Assembly (NCBI GenBank): GCA_000165425.1
Contig: CT868352.1
Coordinates: forward strand, 248,001-312,000
Source of the DNA: Paramecium tetraurelia
Lineage: Eukaryota
Length of the DNA stretch: 64,000 nt
Direction: 5' to 3'
Shown: piece by piece, positions 25,918 through 38,845 of the stretch
Position numbering within the stretch: the stretch's first letter is position 1
How the letters are laid out: every line of letters starts with the position of its first letter
Made by a program: the position numbers and the translations under genes
The notes under the pieces: model-generated
What the model was told of the DNA's origin: nothing
Databases searched by the model: none
Seen by the model: the letters and a program-made list of their open reading frames with translations, nothing else

Positions 25918-26356
25918 ATGTCAAGTTCTTTAGAGAGTTAAGTATTATTTGCAATTTGGGAATTATATCAACAAAATAAAATCTCATTGGAATAAAAAGG
26001 ATGTATCAAAGGTTGATGTATAATTTATGCAAGATTTATTAATCAGAAAAGATGAGAATTTCTACTCTTTTATAGGTAATTGCTAAAAATTTGATGAATT
26101 AGAAGAAAGGCTACTTGATATTTTGAATTGTATTGAATTTTTATTTTTTTCTGATTAGGGTTCTCCAAGAGATCTAGATGCTGAAGAAGCTATTTGTCCA
26201 ATTATTCGATTAAGTAACCCATCCAACACTCCAACAACTATCAAATCATTTTAAAACCAACCTTAAAAGAGATTTAGGTTTATGAGTTCAAGCAATGAAA
26301 GTGAAATAGCCTAGAACAATTAAAAGCAGAGATCAAATTCATTCCATCATTAATGA
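25918..26356 (+). CDS. Small hypothetical protein
   Basis: MSSSLESQVLFAIWELYQQNKISLEQKGCIKDLLIRKDENF.. with two canonical tiny introns and a TGA stop. Confidence 0.6.
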
Positions 26357-27729
26357 AATTAGTTATTTTAGTTTTTATTAATCTCAAACTTTACAAGAAT
26401 CTTAATCATATAAATTTAATTAATTTATCATATATATATGTAAATGTTTTAAACCTATTATTTATAACAGTTAAAATCAATTGTTATAATATAGCCATTA
26501 AAAGACTGATCCTTTAGGAATTTAGTTCCACAATAAATTTATAGGTTTGGTATTTTTAAACTTGCAATAGATAGATCAATTATATTTGCAAAAATAATTA
26601 ATGAACGAAAATATCCTTTTTTATTTTTGTTATTCTTTTAAATTCTCAAACATATGAAATTAAAGCGAATTTAAATAAAAATTCACAAAAATCGGATTGA
26701 TTTTAATCAAAACATGAAGTTTTTGAAGTAATTCTTTAATTTCATTATATCAAGGGGAAATGAAGATAGGCTAAATTAAATCATCCATTGATTATTTCAT
26801 CATAATAAGTGATTTAATTGATTGATTTATTTTATTGTAAAGCAAGGAAAATTTGATTATTTAAAAATAGCACTATCACCTTTTAAAATTTTAAATTTCT
26901 TTCATTTTTTAGTTAAAAATTATGATTTTTAATTTGATAAAAACTATTTTTTAAAAAGAAAACCAAAATATTCTGTTGTAGAATAGTTTCTAATGATAGG
27001 CTACTTTATTATGGATGGATAAGACAGTATTACAGATTATTAGTAGAGAAAAGTTATTCCCATTTAAAAATAATAATAAAGGGAATACTTCTCGTTTTCT
27101 ATGAAGAGAACAGCCATGTTATATTTAATAATTGATAATCCTTTCTTTAACATTCTAAACACTGAAAGACTTACTAAAATTATAATAATATAATGAAATT
27201 TAATTTCATTTTAATAGGAGGTTGAAGTATTAAAAGTTTTGCATTACAATTTTAGAAAACAACTTGCTTCATTCTAAAGATATGTATTGTATCATTTATT
27301 CTATTACTAATGATGCAACAACATTAATGAATAAATATAAATCTAAGAAACAAATCAAACAAGATTACATAAATGATAAACAAGTCATCTATTATTGTTA
27401 TATACAATTTTGTAATCAATTCATCCAAATTAATTAAGATAGATATTCTGCTATTAGCTCTCTGTATTTATGTAGGGCTTTCTAATTACATTTAGTTTTC
27501 TTTAAAGTTTAATATATTTAGCAACAGTAATTAAGTTTAATCATAATTAGTAGTTATTCTCTGATAGAAATCTATGAGAATGAATTATCAAAGCTCCATG
27601 GATCTATAATTTAGATGTAATATTGTTATTGATTGATTATTAAATTTAATAAAAAGCAAGGGATCTTCATTTATGGAAATATTATTCGTTTTATTATTGA
27701 TTATTATTATTATTGTTATTTTTTTATAT

Positions 27730-28328
27730 TGTTTAATTTAGTTTGCTCATCTGAATCAGACTCTTCATTGAGAATTTACTATTATTAGATTGATAATATC
27801 TATTGTTATTGAGTATTGCTGTTTTTTATACATTGTTTCTTTTATTGCATATACAATAATCTATTCTACAAAATTTATTCGTAGTGAAGTATTACCATTT
27901 TAGTAATTTCCTAAACTAATTCAAACAGCATCATCATAGTTCTTATAACTCTAATAGTATATACTAGACAATATCTTTGATAGGATTCTGTTGTGTTGAT
28001 ATAATCAACTAGTGATAAAACATCAATTAACGCAAGCAATAGCTCATAAAAACTGAATGACGATTTGATATTAATTATTTTCTTGTAAATAGTTGGTAGT
28101 AAAAATGGAATCAAGCAAAGCCTTATATCCTAATGATTAGTGATTACCTACTTTAGTATTTGGTCCAAATTCATAGTTGTAAAGTAGATTCTTTTCAACT
28201 CTGTAAGCAAACTTTAGAACTCTGCCACTCATTTTGGTTTCTTCTCTTCCAATCTTCATGAATGCGCATAATGAGACTGAAAACAAAAATTCAAGAAATT
28301 ATGCCAATAAAATCAATATTTTGATCAT
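27730..28328 (-). CDS. Hypothetical protein or gene remnant (ends uncertain)
   Basis: Track ORF 27911-28114 extends in ciliate code through a candidate 22-nt intron; contains H..C...C.C. Confidence 0.3.
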
Positions 28329-28783
28329 TTTAATAATAGTTTTATTAATTGATTCTAATTATTCAAGGCTTATCATTTCTGATTCATTTGGAATAATTAG
28401 ATAAAGTTCATTTTCGAATATTACTAGAATTTATAGCGATTGAAACTATCACATAATATTATTTATAGAAGTATATACTATGCAATAGATTTCCCATTTT
28501 AAAATAGCTCTTAATTTTCAAAGGTATCTATATATAGAAATGGATTTTAATCATTTAAAGAGCAGCTTTCATTTATGAGTATTCAAATAGTGAAATACCT
28601 TCATATTAAACATTATTTGATTATAATTGCAAATTTAGGATCAAATAACATGATAGACTTTTTGATTTAGAGTTTATTGTAGTGATAGAGAATTAAATTC
28701 AAGAATTTATTCTAAAATGAACTACTTGCAATATAGATTGTATAAAAACTTATAAATAAAAATCAAATTTATTTTATATAAAA

Positions 28784-29459
28784 ATGGCAGCCAATAAATT
28801 TTGGAACAAGAAAGAAGTAATAATCACATAAAAATATTGAGTTATCAAGTTTAGAATAATAGGTTGGATTAGCTTTAACATAAATTGAAGGAACGATAGC
28901 TGAGGCTAAGAATTTGAGATTATCATCAGTTGTTGATTTCACAGCAAAGATAAATGCTAAGAAATAGGTTTATTTAGTGTTTATCCCATATCCATGCCTA
29001 TCGATATATAATAAGATTAGGTATAATTTTAGTATGAGGTGATATTAGCTAAAAGCTATTACCTGAATTAGAGAAGAGAGTTAAGGCAACTATCTTAGTG
29101 GCTGCTAAAAGAACAATTGAAAGTAAATGGGTGAAGAAACACAGATCTTAAACAAGACCAAATTCAAGAACACTTACAACTGTTTACGATGCATTGCTTG
29201 AAGATTTAATATCTCCATCTGTTATTTTGGGTAGAAGAACAAGAGTCAGGGTTGATGGCACTAAATTCTATAGAATGTAGAACAAAATCATTGATTTATA
29301 AGATTCCTTGATGAAAGCGATTAGAAAGAGTTGGAAGCAAGACTCGAATCAATTAAAGATGTTTACAAAGTGTTGACAACTAGAGATTTAGAATTTGAAT
29401 TCAGAAGAGACGATACTTTCTATTAAAAAAAGGGTGCAAAGAAAGTGGCTAAAAAGTGA
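28784..29459 (+). CDS. RPS7: 40S ribosomal protein S7 (eS7)
   Basis: [70 protein letters not shown]; three tiny introns. Confidence 0.95.
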
Positions 29460-29527
29460 TGAACATTAAGTATAGTATAATAAGCATAATAATAAAATAT
29501 ATATATATATTTAATATTTTATTAGAG

Positions 29528-30390
29528 ATGCAAAGAGTAGTGAGGTTTGGTTGCAGCACCATTAATAAATTAGAAAGTGAATTGAACAAAATTGAAAAAA
29601 TCTCTTTCAAAGAAAGATATCTATCATTTCAAAGAGAATGGAATGAATTCAAAAATAGAGCAAAAGAAATGTATTTATTTGCACTTATCAATCTAATCTA
29701 TAGGCCTCCAAGAGTTTTCAATGATAAACTAGATGCCAACTAATAGAAAAAGATTCAATTTATTAGCAAAACACATAGAATACTTGAGTGAGAATGAATT
29801 TTAATATCTGAATTACATTTTGTAGAAACAAGTGCTCAATAAACCTGATTATGCTGAGTTTTCTTTAGGTATCTCCAAAGATGATGCCCAAGTTGGTAAT
29901 TAAATCAATTGAATTACAGGTCCTGGAGTGTGGCCAACAGCACATCCTTAATGGCTATAATAATAAGAAATCATAGCCAAATTATGGCCTTTGGGGTAAT
30001 AAGGAATTGCAACATTATTCTCTGAAGTTGTTGGATTTGGAAGTGGAGTCGGAGCAGGAGGAGCTTAAGCTGCAGCTGCCAATTCTGAGGCTTCTGCAAA
30101 AGAGGAGAAAAAGGAAGAGGCTCCTAAGCAAGCACCAAAAGAGGCTGCTGTATTTTCTATTCGAAATAATCTAGAAAGCTAATTACGATGTTATTCTTGA
30201 TTCTATCGATGCTGCATAAAAGATCAAAATTATTAAGGATGTCAGAGCCATGTTCAATTTGGGTTTGAAAGAAGCCAAAGACTTGGTTGAAAAGTTGCCT
30301 GCCAATTTAAGTAAATAGATGAAGAAGGATGATGCAGAAGAATTGAAGAAAAAATTGGAAGCTATTGGATGCACAATTAAGTTGGTGTGA
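29528..30390 (+). CDS. MRPL12: Mitochondrial ribosomal protein L7/L12 (bL12m)
   Basis: C-terminal [62 protein letters not shown], an Ala/Gly hinge, and a presequence-like start MQRVVRFG. Confidence 0.9.
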
Positions 30391-30528
30391 GAGTATATTA
30401 TTAATCATCATTACATTATTATATTATTGGTGTAAACCTTGATAATTAGATAGCTAGCTCCTTAATTGAGGCCATCTTTTAAGATAATTTAGTGAATGCG
30501 GATTATTAATATTATTTACTGTTAATAC

Positions 30529-31022
30529 TCATTGTTACTTAATATCAAATTTCTCTAATTCACCAATGAATTGATTATAAAAGTTTATTTGTTAGGGTAC
30601 TGCTCTTGCACTCACTATTGGCAATTCATAGGTTATCAATAAATAGACTCTCTTTCCATTAAGCTTTTTGCAAATTCCCTAATCATCGATATTTCAATTC
30701 TTTTACTCTAGCTAATGAGATCCCTTCTCCTACATCGGCATCACCTCTTCTTCCATACACCAGGGGAGGATGCCATCTGTGAACTTCGTAATGTTCACCT
30801 AATAATACAAAGCCTGCCCCAATTGTGTTATCTCTCACATCGTAGGCTTTTAAGTATGGTGTCAATTCCTCCTTTGTTGCTGCACAGTTTTTATGAGTAA
30901 TCACATTCAAATCCTCGTCAAATATAATTGCTTTAGCCCACTAACTTATATTTCAAGTTTTATACTTCATCTTGTTTCTTTAATTCTGCCAATAACATTC
31001 CCGGGTCTAAACCTTAATCCAT
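30529..31022 (-). CDS. Divergent profilin-like protein
   Basis: About 150 aa: WAKAIIFDEDLNVI..YDVRDNTIGAGFVLLGEHYEVHRWHPPLVYGRRGD...GEGISL..YLLITYELPIVSARAVPQ, which follows the profilin-fold order; two tiny introns. Confidence 0.6.
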
Positions 31023-31190
31023 TAATATTTAATAAATAAAAATATATTTAAAAATTAAAATATCTTTCCAGTCCTTAAATTACACTATCTATATCATATT
31101 CTAAATAATATTATTAAAATATATATATTCTTTTTTTCTTATTTTTTATTACATTAGTATTACATTAGTATTAATTTATTTAATTTTTTT

Positions 31191-31815
31191 TCATATTAAA
31201 TGGTTCAACTCAACATCTCTCAAGTTGAAGCATTACTAAATTTCATTCCACTTTGAAACCTTAAAGAGCTTATTAATTTCATTAAGTTTCTAGTTTATTG
31301 GAACATAAAAAATACACTCAACAGAACCGACGTTAACTATTGCTTATCTTGAGAATCCCTTTCGGAATCAGATATTTATTAAGCAGGTTTGTTAAAGGAG
31401 AATTCTTTGAATTTGTTCGAAATTTTGCTTTTCCATTAAGATAACAGAATAAAATCAATACCTTCACTTGTATTAAATATAAAGATTTTGAATTTGATAT
31501 CTAATAACATCTAAATAATCAATAGTGCTTAATCTACTTCTTCAACTTAATTTTTTTACTCACTTTACCAAATGAGAAGTATGATTAAAATCTTTGAGGA
31601 TAACTAAAACATTGTTTAGATATGCAGGTAAATCTTTAAACCTGATCTTTCCTAGTAAATTATTTCATCTTACTTCAATAATTTTAATAAACTCTTGAAG
31701 CCTGATAATACTGATGATATTTTAATTAAGTTGAATTAATGGCAGAAGTGGATAATTCTAAATTAAATTCAGAGTTAATTGTAAATTTTTTATTTTTTAA
31801 TTCTTAATTCTGCAT
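31191..31815 (-). CDS. Hypothetical protein
   Basis: ATG 31815 starts MQNQELKNKKFTINSEF.. with a GTAAG..TAG intron; downstream frame not fully resolved. Confidence 0.3.
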
Positions 31816-32094
31816 TCACCACATGATGATAAATTTGAAATCTCAAAAATTATACAAAATAAAATTTATAAAATTTAAAAAAAGTTCTGTATAAAGAATA
31901 CTGATGTTGTTAGCGTTTATTTTATATTATTATTTATATGCATCAAAATACTTAATGAATATAACACAATTATTAGTATATTTAATTTTAATTTTAATTA
32001 TAAGCCTAGTATAAATTTGATAAGATTTAATCTAATTTTACAATTTAAATTATAATATTCATGAATAGATCCATCAAATACTAAATACAAAGAA

Positions 32095-33846
32095 TCATTT
32101 TTCAGAATGATCATGCTGGCAATTTTTTAATAAATTGCTTACAGTCTAATCTAAGGAGGCAATGAGTTTTTAATTCATTTCATTATTTTAATCCCCAATT
32201 ATTTACATAATTGCATCTTAGGCAGAAGGCTTATTTTACTGTTCAAACCCATCATGCTTATCTTCAATTTGCTGATTCTAGATGTTAGGAAAATTGTCAA
32301 ACAACAATCTTTGGTTTTCATTAAATATGATATATTTTAACTTTTCAACATCCCTAAGTTTCTTTAAAATATCTACTATGTTCAATTAACCCATAATTTA
32401 TTTTTAGGCTATATGAAACTACTTAATTCTATCATTATCCTAATATAAAACAAAAATGTATACTTATGTGACGATGCATTTAAGTTTCTAAAAGGCTTCA
32501 AAATATCCAAATTATAGTTTCTTCTTTTTCCTGATGATGACTTTCTGCAAATATTCGGCGTATGTGGTAAGAATAGTTTTTTAAGGTTTAATCAAAGTTC
32601 TTTTTCTTTCCTAAGGATCTTCCTAATTCAATTTATTTGTGAATCCATCTTTTTGTTGGTTTTCATTAATTTTCGGTATTTAGATTGACAATGGAGATGC
32701 ATCTTACCCTTATCTAAATAAAGAATATTGCTTGTAACATTAGTTATCATCGCCATCTTCAGAGTCACTCAATTCAAATAAGGAATTAATTAATTCGAGA
32801 TATCTGCTAATTTTATTGATAGGTTTGGAAATGATATAAAAGAAACTGAATAAGACTTACCATAACCCCCCTAATTCAGCCAAGATTTCTTAAATCTTAG
32901 AATAAGTTCTATAATCTACATACTCTGTAGTATCCAATCTGATGACAACATTCATGATTAGATCATTTGAACTCAGATCTAACATTTCAGTATGTCTTCC
33001 ATATCTCAATGTCTTGTAGTACTCTAAGTCAGTTTCAATGAGACCAACATCAGTAACAGTGGTTAACGGTTCAAGATAGATGGATATTTCTTTATAAATA
33101 TTGCTTGATATAGTTGTAAATAAATCTTGACCTTTTGGATTGTAAGGCGAATTAGGTTTCATTAAGTTAGTAGTGTATGAGGATATTTGGAATGAGAAAT
33201 AGTTTTATTCTAATGCTTTTTTAATTTCTTATTGTTCTTGGCATTATTTGCCCTTTTTTGTTTCCTCTGTACAAATATAAAATTAGATTAAAACATATTA
33301 GTAAACAGGAGCATCAAATGTCCCCTCAAGGTTTATTTTATCTATCTTGTTCCAATCAATACAGTAATTGGAGGGTAAATCAAGATGCGAAAAATATTCG
33401 CTTAAATCTTTTTATTTAATCATATCAGAACTGCATTCTATTAAGGGCAATTCTGATTTTTCCCACACTTCCTTTTTGCTGCCATTAATTATTTTTTCAT
33501 ATTTATGTACTAGTTATGCTTTAACCACATATATTGAATCATCTATGTATGTGTGGTAAGTTGAATTTTAAAATGCAAAAGTCATCGTAAAGTTCTACGG
33601 AAATAATTAATAAATCTCTGGTTGGGAGTGATAAATTTCTGAACTTAAGGAAGTTGGGTTGCTGTGATCAAATAGAGAAATTAATTTGGAGTATAATAAA
33701 TTTGAGAACAGTAATAACAATCCAAGCGTGAGCAGCGACCCAAAAATTGTTTGATGATATTCTTTCTCGTTTACCAAAAGTTAGATGGGTTAAGCAAATA
33801 AATCAAACTTTTTAACACCTCTAATAAACAATCTTCTTCTTTCCAT
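32095..33846 (-). CDS. Ciliate two-transmembrane protein with large Cys-containing ectodomain, 583 aa, intronless
   Basis: KKFDLFAQPIQL..HQTIFGSLLTLGLLLLF (TM1); ectodomain with IEC, NYCID, EGTFD, FYIC..C; RTYSKIQEILAELGGLWQVLFSFFYIISKPIN (TM2); tail LNIVDILKKLRDVEKLK. The ORF is 1752 nt. Confidence 0.8.
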
Positions 33847-34307
33847 AATTTTATTATTTGTGTGATATAATAACTAAATTTAATTTGAAATAAATTACAG
33901 CTTAATAAATAAATAGTAATTAATTCAATTCAAAAAATGGTATTTCGACTTAATAAATAATTAGTCAAATTAATATTATTAATTAAGAATAAGTATTTTT
34001 GATCAACAAAAGATAAAAGGAATGAAGAAAGTCGTTAAATTAAAATTAATATTATCATCCTTTTTCAAAACCCTAATTCTACTTCTTATTATTTATTATT
34101 AATACCTTTACAAATATAATAATAAATATTACTGTAACCTATTTTAATCCAACATGTTTTCATAAATATTGAATTCAATATCACTCCTACTTCTATTTTC
34201 TAAATTTGTTCTAAATCTCATTAGATCAAATCAAACTATAAATTAAATAGTTATTACAATAATAGTAAATATTGAGATGATTTTTATATTTTTTATATTA
34301 TAATATA

Positions 34308-34760
34308 ATGAATATATACAAACTCAGATCTCTAGTTTACGTGTTTGATTAAGAGTAATGGTTTAAATCAATTCAACAAATGTTAATAACTAAAAATACA
34401 AATTCATAATATTTGGATGTTATACAATAAGCATATTTCTAAAACATAAATAAGATTGAAGAATAATGCATTCGAGAATTATAGAGACTTTTATTAAAAG
34501 ACAATGACAAATTCTAGAGTCTCAGATTCTCCAGAATAATACATCATTATATATTGAAAAATGCCGATAAAATAGAAGGTTTAGAAGAAATAATCACAAA
34601 CTCTTAGTAGTTAACCATTAAGAAGGTTATGCAATAAGATAACTTAATGGAAATCTTGGAATCTCTGTAATTTAGAGTAGCTCTTATGAAAAGTATTCCA
34701 AAACAAATAAGCAGAGTATATTTTGAGGAGAATATAAAAATTTATAATGAAAAAAATTGA
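34308..34760 (+). CDS. Hypothetical protein, 150 aa
   Basis: Uninterrupted ATG-to-TGA ciliate-code ORF of 453 nt. Confidence 0.45.
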
Positions 34761-34973
34761 GTTTCAGATTGTTATTGAAATTTATTAAATTCTAATTGTA
34801 ATTTGAGAAAGCAGTATAATTAATATAACAAACATAACATAATCAATTAATTTTGATATAACTGTTTAGGAAGTAAAAGTAGGAATAGCAAAGCTAAGAT
34901 GAAAATAAATTGATTGAGAGGATCATTTATATGGAAACATAAATAATTGATTTTATATTAATATCTGTGTTTA

Positions 34974-36302
34974 ATGAAGCACTTTATGAGATTCTCTAAA
35001 ATAAGCAAAGCCTTCCAGGAAGTGCCATCCCAGTACGTTTATCAAATCAATCCAATCAAGAACTTTGAGCCCATAAAATAGTTCAGAGTTATTGATTTGG
35101 AAGGTAATCTTGTAGCCAAGGAATACAATAACATTCCAAAGGAGATACTCAATCAAATCTTTGATTTAATGATAAGTGTAAAGATGTTTATTTTGAAGGT
35201 TTTAGATTGAAGAGATGGACAACCTCCTTTACATGTCTTAAAGATAAGGAAAGATTTCATTTTACATGACATCATTTGGTGAGACAGCAACTACAGTTGG
35301 TACTACAGCCGCACTCCAACCCTAAGACTTTATCTTCCCACAATATAGAGAACAAGGTAGTTTTATGTGGAGAGGATTCACAATTGAATAAATTGTAAAT
35401 CAATGCATAGGAAACCATTTAGATGGCGGAAAGGGAAGATAAATGCCTGTTCATTATGGAAGCAAGGATTTGAATATTGTCACTGTGTCATCACCTTTAA
35501 GTAAAATATTATTAATTGACGTACTATAGCTACGTAAGTGCCATAAGCAAGTGGGGCTGGATATGGATTTCGAGTTAATGGGGAAAATAAGATTGCAGCC
35601 ACTTGGTTTGGAGAAGGGGCAGCTTCTGAAGGAGATTTTCATTCAGCAATGAATTTTGCTTAAACTTTGAAATGCTAAACACTATTTTTATGCAGAAACA
35701 ATCATTATGCCATCAGTACACCTACAGATGATCAATTCAGAGGGGATACTATTGCTGGAAAAGCACCAGCTTATGGAATGAGAACATTGAAAATTGATGG
35801 TAATGATCTATTGGCTGTTTACAATGGAGTCAAATATGCAAGAGAACAAATTATTAAAAATAAAGAACCATTCTTTATTGAATTCATTACTTATAGAGTA
35901 ATTTTAATATCTATTCATTAGATTGGAGATCATTCAACATCAGATCACTCTGTATTGTATAGATCATAAGAAGAAATTGATTCATGGAAATCAGGAAATA
36001 ATCCCATTAATAGATTAGGATTATTCTTGAAAAAGTAAGGACTCAGATAATTTAATGATGATCATGATAATCAGATTAGAAAAGATGTTAGAAATAGAGT
36101 CATTGCTGCATTGAAACACGGATCTGAATGTATTTTTTAATTTTTATTCAAAATAGAACAATCACCATCAATTCAAGATTTATTCACTGATGTTTATGAT
36201 GAAGTATTACCCCATCTATAGGAATAATATACTCAATTAAGAGAACATTTAACTAAATATAAAGATTAATACCCAATCAATAAGTTCAAAGGTGGATTAT
36301 GA
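34974..36302 (+). CDS. BCKDHA: Branched-chain 2-oxoacid dehydrogenase E1 alpha subunit, mitochondrial
   Basis: QRQGKISFYMTSFGE, PQYREQG, GKGRQMPVHYGS, the TPP motif FGEGAASEGDFH..CRNNHYAIST, and TYRIGDHSTSD; four tiny introns. Confidence 0.95.
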
Positions 36303-37628
36303 TAATTTACATATAGTACGCACAATAAATATTGTATAATTAATTGATTAAGTATTTCTTCTAATAATATTAAACAAGTTTCACAGCAATTGTATGAGTT
36401 TATTTTCTTAAAATAATCAAGGTTCAATAAAGTTCTATTTCAAATTTTTGAAATTTCGATTTTTTCCCAAACTGATTTTATCAATTTAAGATTAAAAATA
36501 TTGTTGTTATATTAAGGTATGAAAAACTCTAATATTTTCATTTTAATAATGAATTAATATATAAACAAAATTCAATCAAAGTAATTATTTATTCTCTCTT
36601 TATTTCTCTTCAATCACAAAGTTTATTAGTATCAGAAACCACTTTTACAAGGTAGACTATTAGGAATACCTAGTAAAAGAAGAGAATGATAACTGGTTAA
36701 TATTTAGCGAATATATATTAATGAAATTCCATAAATTATCTTTAGAATTTCTATTTCTTAAAATTTAGTACTATGAATATTGGTAAAAAGATGAATGATA
36801 GTATCATCATTGTTATAACATAAATATATCTTTAACAATTGGTTGCATTATTCTATGTACATTTATCTGAAAACTATTAAAAAATTTCTGAGTTTGAATT
36901 ACAAATTTTGCATATTTCAGAAAAACAGATTTGGCAAAATATCCTTTACTTTTCATTCTCTAAACCAATGATTTAATTTGAATGACATTTGAAGCATTTT
37001 TTAAAACATCCGCCGTTTTTGAATTATTAACATTATAAGCATTAGTCCTAGTTATTGCCTATTTAGCATTTTGCTTTCTTTTGGTGAAATATCTAGATTG
37101 ATAGATTTTCTTGACTTTATAAAACATATAGAAGTTCACAATTCGAACATTTCAAGTATGTTTTATTATCAGAAGTAAATTTAAGCAGAAACTGCATCTC
37201 ATCAATTAAGATCTAGAGAAGATCTTTACTGTATGAAACTTAAGCTAAGAAAGCATATTCTGTATTATTTTTATAGATTATATCTGAATCTAGCAAAGGA
37301 TTTTCCATTAAATTTAAATATTTAATTAATGATTTGCAATAATAATATTATATATTGATTAAATAATATTATAAATATTTTGTATAATAATTATTATATA
37401 TTTACATTAAGAATAATATGCATTATTTTTTATGATAACAATTTTGAATTCCACTAAAAAAATAAATAGAATATTGTTCATTGTGTTTTTAGTTTGAAGT
37501 ACGGAAAAATTGTTTTGAAATTTGATTTAATTGATTCATTATGGGCATTATTTAAATAAAAGTTATTTAGATTATTCGATGATATATGGTGGAATTAAAA
37601 AATAGTCCATTAAAATAAAATTAATTGC

Positions 37629-38800
37629 ATGTAATAATAATAGGTGGTGTTGAATTTTGATTACCTGAGACCAGCCTAGAATTTGGTTGATGCTATTGTT
37701 CATGAGGGTATTTGGAATGTACAACTATAAAGCCTAGTATATTAAAAGAAAAGAGCGATCTAAGAGCCAAAGAAGAATTTGGGAGAATGTGCCATATGAT
37801 GCATATGAAAAGGAGAAGATGGCTGATTTCATGAAAATCGTGACTAAAAATAAGATTGCCTTACCTGAGAAGTAACTATTTAGATCAATCTGTTAGTTGG
37901 AATGATAGTGACACATTGAAGATGGTGTATTGTGGTAAATTCAAGGACAAGAATTACTTAAAAGTGTTGCAATCCCATTTGGCTTGGAGAGCTATCCCCA
38001 ATAACTTTCAGCCAACTGACATCAATATTGCATTTCTCTAGAAAGGAATAGTTTACACTCACGGTAGAGACAAGCAACAAAGACCTATCATAATTATGAA
38101 CCTCGAATTGGTGAATCTGAAGCAAGTATCAAAGTGAATCAACCTATAGTTTAGTGAAGAAGTCTACATAAATGCATTGAGCTATTACTTTGGTATCATC
38201 AAGAAGCATTGTTTTGTTCCTGGAAAGGTAGAGAACTGGGTTTTCATAATGGATACTAAGAAGCTTGGACTTTCTAAATTCCCTTTTAAGGTATCCTATT
38301 CGAATCTACTAGTTAGGCTATTCAAATAGCAACCAAAACAATGCAAGTTAATTTCTGTGGTTGTTTGGATAAACTCTATTTACTAAATCCATCTAGTTCA
38401 TTGAGTTTTTCTTGGAAGATGGTCTCTGGTATTGATATTGACATAACCATTTAGCTGTGGCTGATGCTGATACTATGGAGAAGGTCTAAATGCTTAAACC
38501 TACTGAATACACAAAAATTTAAGAGAGAATAGTAGTCAATTAATTGGAGGAATAATTCGGAGGCACATGTCCAAACCTTACAAAATTCTGGTTACTTTTC
38601 TAATGCTTATAGTTAGGCCACCTATCAACATCGCCATTCCAGGAGGATATACATAAGAAATTTTGATGGCTGTCGAATCGATGAAAACTGCTGAGATTGT
38701 AATTCAGGCGGAAGTACCTGCATCGGAGGAGGATGAAATGAAATTGTAGGAACAAATTTCTAAGATGCAAATTAAAAAAGATGACGACGATGATGATTGA
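37629..38800 (+). CDS. CRAL-TRIO/Sec14 lipid-binding domain protein
   Basis: HLAWR, GIVYTHGRDKQQRPIIIMN, PGKVENWVFIMD, MQVNFCGCLDKLYLLNP, QLEEQFGGT, FWPP. The start reads ATG TAA TAA TAA TAG (MQQQQ). Confidence 0.88.
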
Positions 38801-38845
38801 TAGAGTATATAATGAAATTACACATTCCATAAATTTAATATTAAT

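Noticed and set aside
31150..31172. Short tandem duplication ACATTAGTATT x2
   Set aside because: Too short and AT-rich to be meaningful.
14282..36302. Metabolic link between the PrpC-like synthase and BCKDH (a propionyl-CoA source)
   Set aside because: They are about 20 kb apart with many unrelated genes between them, and have different predicted compartments.
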